A DNA stretch of 30,178 nt from a virus (lineage: Duplodnaviria > Caudoviricetes). A program made the position numbers and the translations under genes. The notes under the pieces were generated by a model, which did not search any database, was not told the origin of the DNA, and saw only the letters and a program-made list of their open reading frames with translations. The DNA is taken from positions 1-30,178 of the IMG/VR virus record IMGVR_UViG_3300020045_004900; one strand, given 5' to 3'. Position 1 is the first letter of the stretch. Each line of letters opens with the position of its first letter. This document shows positions 25,902-30,178 of this stretch, in pieces.

Positions 25902-26801
25902 TTATTTAATTCTAAAAACTCGTGATTCAGAAACGGTTTTGAATTGCTCGAACAGTTCCGGTTGTGCGGCCTTGAAAGCCGACTGATCAAATCTGTTAGA
26001 TGATTGCTGCTTCCATGTTGCCAGTGTTGCGCCCCGCAGAGTCAGGTTTGCGGCGTCTTTCATGTACATTTGTATTTTTTCCTTGTGCTGTTCGAGCAGT
26101 TTTTCTAGGGGTTTTATTTGCTCGTTGAGCGACTTCATGGCCAGCCATGACGTTTCTATTTCATCGTTAACTTCGACGCTTGTGCCCGCGTCTTTGGTAC
26201 CGTACAGCCTCGTCACGTCTCTGACTGTTGTTATATCTGGGGGGTTCAGTGTTTGTATCCGTTCCCAGAATTCCAGCTCCTTTTTTCGGATGCTGGTAAT
26301 TATTTCGTCGTCGCGCTCTACGCGATAAACCCGGAAATCGTCGCCACCTATCAGCACGCCCATTACACACAGATTGCGACCTGTGACCATCAGGCCGTGC
26401 ATAATCTGGGCGGTGTAATGGACGGGTACTTCATCGGTTTGCTGTTCGCCCCACTCCTTAGCCTTAAACGGAGACACGGTTTTTATCTCAATGTTTTCTG
26501 TTGCGGTTTCTGCATCAATTTCTGCTGCCAAAAAACCGTACTCCGGATCTATGTAACGGTTCCCACGCGCCATAATGTTCAAGCCTTCTTCCTCGGCCAG
26601 CAGGTCAATAATGTACGGCTCCATGCGAGTTCCGCGCCGGAACAGCTTTTCTTTTTCTGGCGTGACAGTCTCGCGCCCAACTGTTTTATCCAGATAAACA
26701 TCAAGCCGCGTTTTCCATGGGCTGATACCCAGTATTCCCGCCACATCAGAGCCGCCGATGTATTTATTCCGATCCATGTTTTTGTTGATTGCCTCACTCA
26801 T
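25902..26801 (-). CDS. YqaJ-like viral recombinase exonuclease (lambda Exo/RecE type)
   Basis: R...IGGSDVAGILG.SPW.T...VY..K, A.ID...EIKT, VP.HY.AQ. Adjacent to recT; start at 26801 or 26843. Confidence 0.93.
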   Translation of the reverse strand: MSEAINKNMDRNKYIGGSDVAGILGISPWKTRLDVYLDKTVGRETVTPEKEKLFRRGTRMEPYIIDLLAEEEGLNIMARGNRYIDPEYGFLAAEIDAETATENIEIKTVSPFKAKEWGEQQTDEVPVHYTAQIMHGLMVTGRNLCVMGVLIGGDDFRVYRVERDDEIITSIRKKELEFWERIQTLNPPDITTVRDVTRLYGTKDAGTSVEVNDEIETSWLAMKSLNEQIKPLEKLLEQHKEKIQMYMKDAANLTLRGATLATWKQQSSNRFDQSAFKAAQPELFEQFKTVSESRVFRIK

Positions 26802-26991
26802 TTGTGTCGTCTCCGAAAATTCCGTTATCTGCAAACAGGTCATTTGTCTTTAAATGATCCAAATATTGATCAACCTGCCGTTCCAAGCGCTTGCTTAATT
26901 GCAGCGCCACGAGGCTTTTTGTTTTAAAAAAATCCTTCTGTGCGGCCCGCATTGCTCGCACCAGATCGATAAACCCGCTACCTGCCCACAT
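26794..26991 (-). CDS. Hypothetical protein (65 aa)
   Basis: GGAGG RBS before ATG 26991. F..LV..MR.AQK.FFKT motif. Confidence 0.7.
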   Translation of the reverse strand: MWAGSGFIDLVRAMRAAQKDFFKTKSLVALQLSKRLERQVDQYLDHLKTNDLFADNGIFGDDTNE

Positions 26992-27097
26992 GGGTATAAC
27001 CTCCGGACAGTGGTTTAAATTGATCCTCATAGTCCATCCGGGACACGATCAAAAACAGCGTGATGATCAGCAGCAGACGTATCGTGTTAGCGTTCAT
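26978..27097 (-). CDS. Small single-TM protein (39 aa, MNANTIRLLLIITLFLIVSRMDYEDQ...)
   Basis: Translated by hand. AGGAGGT RBS. Confidence 0.65.
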   Translation of the reverse strand: MNANTIRLLLIITLFLIVSRMDYEDQFKPLSGGYTHVGR

Positions 27098-27218
27098 GGG
27101 GCACCTCCTGTGGCGCGATGCAGATCAGGGTATACCTACCCCTGCCGTCAGGCCGAATCATCCAATCTGACGGGCTGGGCTTCGCCTCGCGGGCGAATTT
27201 GGCTTCGTAGTCGCTCAT
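27087..27218 (-). CDS. Small hypothetical protein (43 aa, MSDYEAKFAREAKP...)
   Basis: Translated by hand. GAGGAG RBS and ATGA overlap. Confidence 0.55.
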   Translation of the reverse strand: MSDYEAKFAREAKPSPSDWMIRPDGRGRYTLICIAPQEVPHER

Positions 27219-27532
27219 AAATCCAACTCCTCTCTGGCTAATTTTTCCGCGTAACGCATTACCGCTTTTTTAAATAATTTTCCGACCGTGGCGTCATTGT
27301 GCCAGTGGGTGGACATCAGCAGCCAGAATTCCCGGTCAGTGCCGCACTCCAGCGCTTCCAGGGCTGTGCTGACTAAGTTGCGTCCGTCGACCAGCTCAGT
27401 AGCACGCGCCGCTGCCTGCACATACAGTGCATTGACCTCGGCATCAGTGGGGCCGGGCTTGCCGTAGTAGCCGCCGTCATAGGCTATTTCGGCCAGGTCG
27501 GCGGGGATTGCTGATGACATGATGCCGCTCAT
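27215..27532 (-). CDS. Hypothetical protein (105 aa)
   Basis: Start moved to ATG 27532 (GGAG RBS, ATGA overlap). Confidence 0.7.
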   Translation of the reverse strand: MSGIMSSAIPADLAEIAYDGGYYGKPGPTDAEVNALYVQAAARATELVDGRNLVSTALEALECGTDREFWLLMSTHWHNDATVGKLFKKAVMRYAEKLAREELDL

Positions 27533-27663
27533 AGGGCTCTCCCTGGCACAAAATGCCCGTCTACAACGGCGTACTGGCACAGGCCGCCTTCGCGCTGGGC
27601 CTTGTCGTAGGCTCTGGGGTCGGCCAGGGCTCTGATGATAGATTTGTATGATTCTGGGTTCAT
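27529..27663 (-). CDS. First gene of the PL operon (44 aa, MNPESYKSIIRALADPRAY...)
   Basis: Translated by hand. AGGAGGAG RBS just downstream of PL. Confidence 0.65.
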   Translation of the reverse strand: MNPESYKSIIRALADPRAYDKAQREGGLCQYAVVDGHFVPGRAL

Positions 27664-27684
27664 GGGTGGCTCCTCCTAGCGCTA

Positions 27685-27713
27685 AATATCGCACATAGCG
27701 TTATACATGTCAA
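27685..27713 (-). promoter_or_regulatory. PL-like promoter with operator
   Basis: Minus strand TTGACA-17 bp-GATATT. It overlaps the 19-bp near-palindrome ATATCGC-acata-GCGTTAT (27686-27704). Confidence 0.75.
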
Positions 27714-27765
27714 CACAAAGCGCGATATTATTTGCGATATTTTTATTATCAAAATCCAATTCGTG

Positions 27766-27794
27766 TTGATTTGTATCTCAATATGCGTTATTTT
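27766..27794 (+). promoter_or_regulatory. PR-like promoter with operator
   Basis: TTGATT-17 bp-TATTTT. It overlaps the related operator GTATCTC-aatat-GCGTTAT (27773-27791). Confidence 0.65.
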
Positions 27795-27817
27795 ATAAAT
27801 CACACTGAGGATCAACT

Positions 27818-28081
27818 ATGAACCACATCGAGCAATACCGAAAACAGGCCAACTTGACACAACAACAAGCGACAGAAAAGGCTGGTTGGCGCTACCAAAG
27901 TCGCTGGTCAGGCTATGAGCGCGGAGTGCGCACCCCTGATGTGCATGATGCTCAGATTATTGTGCAGGCGCTCAATGCCTGTGGGGTTGTCTGCACTGTC
28001 GAGGATGTTTTCCCGATAGGCCTTCAGATTCAACCAACTCAAGCCCAGGCAGCACGATTGTTATTCGAGGATTCTGAGTGA
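27818..28081 (+). CDS. Cro-like XRE HTH regulator
   Basis: IEQYRKQANLTQQQ.....GW...SRWSGYERGVRTP...I..ALN..GV.CTVEDVFP. First gene after PR; GAGGA RBS. Confidence 0.85.
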   Translation: MNHIEQYRKQANLTQQQATEKAGWRYQSRWSGYERGVRTPDVHDAQIIVQALNACGVVCTVEDVFPIGLQIQPTQAQAARLLFEDSE

Positions 28082-28155
28082 TGAACTTTTATTCTTTTCA
28101 CATCGGAGACTATGCGGCGCACACGCGGAATCTGATATGGAGGGCGGCTGCATGA
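28081..28155 (+). pseudogene. 24-codon remnant of a second YdaU/DUF1376 allele
   Basis: MNFYSFHIGDYAAHTRNL.. versus MNFYQFHIGDYIKQTVHL.. of the downstream gene. Confidence 0.75.
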
Positions 28156-29063
28156 ACTTCTACCAGTTCCATATTGGGGACTACATCAAGCAGACGGTTC
28201 ACCTGACGCCGATGGAGGATATTTGCTATCGGCGTTTGATCGATATGTATTACGAAACCGAGCAGCCAATCCCAGCAGAAACCGACCGGGTTTCCCGTAG
28301 GTTACGGCTGGATACCGAACTGGTTGATTCGGTGCTTAAAGAGTTTTTCACCTTGACTGAAAACGGGTGGGAAAACGCACGCTGCAACAAAGAAATTGAC
28401 GCCTACCACGTCAAGGCTGACACAGCACGATCCAACGGAATGCTAGGCGGGAGGCCGAAGAAAACCCATCCGGTTTCTGATGGGAACCTACCGGAAAGCG
28501 GATCGAAAGCTAACCAAGAACCAAGAACCAAGAACCAAGAACCAATAACCAAGATCAAAACCCAGTGTGAGAGTTTGTACCGAGATTCCAGCCCCCCAGG
28601 CCCGGATAAAACCCGACAACCCACTCACAAAAAAATTCTTGATCCTCCGGATTCGCCAGGTTTGACCACGATCGAACCACCCCCGGACGGCCCGTGGGAA
28701 CTCCCGGAGCCCGGAAAAATCCCTGGCCCCAGCCGGGGCATGGCCCAAAACATCGCGATAAAACTCAACTGGCAGCCTCCCGAGGAAATTCTCAGCGCGG
28801 TCTGTTTGGTCATGGGATTTGACCGGCAACGCATCACTCCGGAAATCGTCGGGGCGTTCACAAGTTATCACTGCGACGCCGAGAAATATCACAACCTGCG
28901 GCAGTGGGTTACCAAACTGGTCAACTGGGCAAAAACAGAAAAATCCGACACGCACCCACGGCATAGTCAGCCATTTTTTACTATCCGCACCCCGGTATTC
29001 GTTATCTCCGCGCCGCCTGGCATTGCCCACCGCTACGCTTTTGTTGTAACACGAACGGCATAG
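28152..29063 (+). CDS. Replication initiator: YdaU/DUF1376 N-terminus plus DnaT-like C-terminal domain; C-terminus after 28950 altered by inversion
   Basis: YQFHIGDY..T.HL...E...YRRLID.YY.TE.P...W.N.RC..EI; WQP...F..YH......QW..KL..W. Confidence 0.85.
   Translation: MNFYQFHIGDYIKQTVHLTPMEDICYRRLIDMYYETEQPIPAETDRVSRRLRLDTELVDSVLKEFFTLTENGWENARCNKEIDAYHVKADTARSNGMLGGRPKKTHPVSDGNLPESGSKANQEPRTKNQEPITKIKTQCESLYRDSSPPGPDKTRQPTHKKILDPPDSPGLTTIEPPPDGPWELPEPGKIPGPSRGMAQNIAIKLNWQPPEEILSAVCLVMGFDRQRITPEIVGAFTSYHCDAEKYHNLRQWVTKLVNWAKTEKSDTHPRHSQPFFTIRTPVFVISAPPGIAHRYAFVVTRTA
28512..28553 (+). repeat. Six tandem heptamers AACCAAG (one AACCAAT) in the initiator linker; probable origin region
   Basis: Read directly from the sequence. 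Confidence 0.85.
28934..28950 (+). repeat. Left arm of a 17-bp inverted repeat, AACAGAAAAATCCGACA
   Basis: Exact reverse complement at 29975-29991. Confidence 0.95.
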
Positions 29064-29138
29064 GCTGGTGCGTTTTTTTAATTCCAGATCACGCGGGGTG
29101 CCGCATTTGCTGCATGTTGTGCTGATCAATTTAGGCAT
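28951..29138 (-). CDS. Zn-finger (CxxC...CxxC) hypothetical protein, 3' end broken at the inversion junction
   Basis: MPKLISTTCSKCGTPRDLELKKRTSLCRSCYNK... runs into antisense ydaU sequence past 28950. Confidence 0.6.
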
Positions 29139-29439
29139 GGTGCCCGGCCCCATAGCGCCTGGTTTGAGCTAGATATTCCAGCGGGTTCGCCTCCCGCCAT
29201 TCGCGTTCCGAGTCGGCCTTGGCCATGTAGTGATCGGCGCAGTACGAGTCAAACCGGATAAACCGGGTGTCATTCTGCTCTTCCAGCGGGCGCTTTACAT
29301 TGCCGTAGCTGTCGGCTTTAAACACATCAGACGCCGGGCCGCACTTGTATTTATTGCCGTGTTGGTATTGCGTCAAAACGATCTGTGCTGGCAGCTCGCA
29401 GCGCATACAACGCTCGGGTAATTTAATTAAGTCGAGCAT
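29131..29439 (-). CDS. Hypothetical Zn-binding protein (102 aa)
   Basis: ORF track. CMRC...CADH; GGAG RBS; overlaps both neighbours. Confidence 0.7.
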   Translation of the reverse strand: MLDLIKLPERCMRCELPAQIVLTQYQHGNKYKCGPASDVFKADSYGNVKRPLEEQNDTRFIRFDSYCADHYMAKADSEREWREANPLEYLAQTRRYGAGHHA

Positions 29440-29875
29440 GGGTGTTCTCCAACTTTCGCTGTAGCGATTTTTGATTCAGCGCGTGTTGTATTTTTTGATC
29501 GGCGGAAGCTGTGCGCCAGCGGGCTAGATTTTGCTCTACCCAAATTTTGCGCCTGCCGGCACGTTGCGGGATAGTTTCGCGCTGTTGGTCAAACGTGGGG
29601 AGGCCGTCGCAGCCGGGGTCGTCGTCGAAGGCGATTCCATAGCGAGCCTCGGCATCCGCTTCAGTGCCGATGATGTGTTTCAGCACGTGGGCGACAGTCG
29701 GGAAAAACCTCCCTTCGTCTGGGTCGTCGATATGGGCAGACAGTGCGTAGACAAACGCCTCTGTCGGTAACGTGCTAAATCGTGCATACCACAGTGTTAC
29801 CAGATTATCGGTTATATCCCTGTTGTAATTGACCTGTATAATTTTCATCCCTTCCGCCAGTTCGGTCTTGTTCAT
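29423..29875 (-). CDS. Replication-associated protein (helicase loader/inhibitor-like N-terminus)
   Basis: MNKTEL...LWY..F..L....F..AL..H..DP..GRFFPT.A. GGAG RBS; normally follows the initiator gene. Confidence 0.65.
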   Translation of the reverse strand: MNKTELAEGMKIIQVNYNRDITDNLVTLWYARFSTLPTEAFVYALSAHIDDPDEGRFFPTVAHVLKHIIGTEADAEARYGIAFDDDPGCDGLPTFDQQRETIPQRAGRRKIWVEQNLARWRTASADQKIQHALNQKSLQRKLENTHARLN

Positions 29876-29974
29876 TCGTTTTTTCTCCGCTGGTACCGTT
29901 GAGAAATGCTTGCAAAGTTTTGTTTGTTTTTTCGTCGATAATGTCGGATTTGGTTTTAAATTCCCTGTGTGGCT

Positions 29975-29991
29975 TGTCGGATTTTTCTGTT
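29975..29991 (-). repeat. Right arm of the 17-bp inverted repeat
   Basis: TGTCGGATTTTTCTGTT is the reverse complement of 28934-28950. Confidence 0.95.
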
Positions 29992-30178
29992 GCGGTTTCT
30001 GCATCAATTTCTGCTGCCAAAAAACCGTACTCCGGATCTATGTAACGGTTCCCACGTGCCATAATGTTCAAGCCTTCTTCCTCGGCCAGCAGGTCAATAA
30101 TGTACGGCTCCATGCGAGTTCCGCGCCGGAACAGCTTTTCTTTTTCTGGCGTGACAGTCTCGCGCCCAACTGTTTTAT
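29983..30178 (+). repeat. 196-bp direct copy of 26494-26689 (internal yqaJ), one substitution
   Basis: Compared base by base. C26568 versus T30057 is a synonymous Ala codon change; the copy runs to the window end. Confidence 0.95.

Noticed and set aside
26253-26927. 224-aa plus-strand ORF and other long antisense ORFs (e.g. 6473-6940, 16805-17278, 28488-29153 beyond the junction)
   Set aside because: Shadow frames opposite well-supported genes, with no RBS or motifs.
29805-30113. 102-aa ORF as a genuine gene
   Set aside because: It is a junction product of the duplicated yqaJ segment and the displaced initiator C-terminus.

Overview
About 30 kb of a tailed dsDNA phage genome with podovirus-type virion genes, lambdoid organisation and a proteobacterial host type. 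No host genes are visible. In order: (1) 1-3830, a nin-like/accessory block (Ref-like HNH nuclease, RusA, ferritin/Dps-like protein, AspH/LpxO-type Fe(II)/2OG hydroxylase, ParB-methyltransferase fusion). (2) 3830-20119, packaging and virion genes (TerS, TerL, portal, scaffold, epsilon15/BPP-1-type capsid plus cement protein, adaptor, P22 gp10-like protein, four ejection-type proteins, tail fibre and chaperone). (3) 20149-21840, a separate leftward operon with a strong sigma70 promoter, a palindromic operator, four orphan ORFs and a terminal Aca-like HTH gene. This is the architecture of an anti-CRISPR/anti-defence locus and is the best candidate for a new system. (4) 22041-27663, the leftward early operon (YfdQ/YfdP-like, RecT, YqaJ, many small ORFs). 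(5) Back-to-back PL/PR promoters with no cI between them, then cro and a YdaU/DnaT-type replication initiator. No integrase, cI or lysis cassette is recognisable. Two integrity warnings apply. GCGC, CGCG and CCGG are absent from the first ~4.2 kb and common afterwards, pointing to a mosaic or chimeric junction in terS. The last 1.2 kb is a 1-kb inversion bounded by a 17-bp inverted repeat, followed by a 196-bp copy of part of yqaJ. All family calls come from motif recognition by eye; no database search was run.
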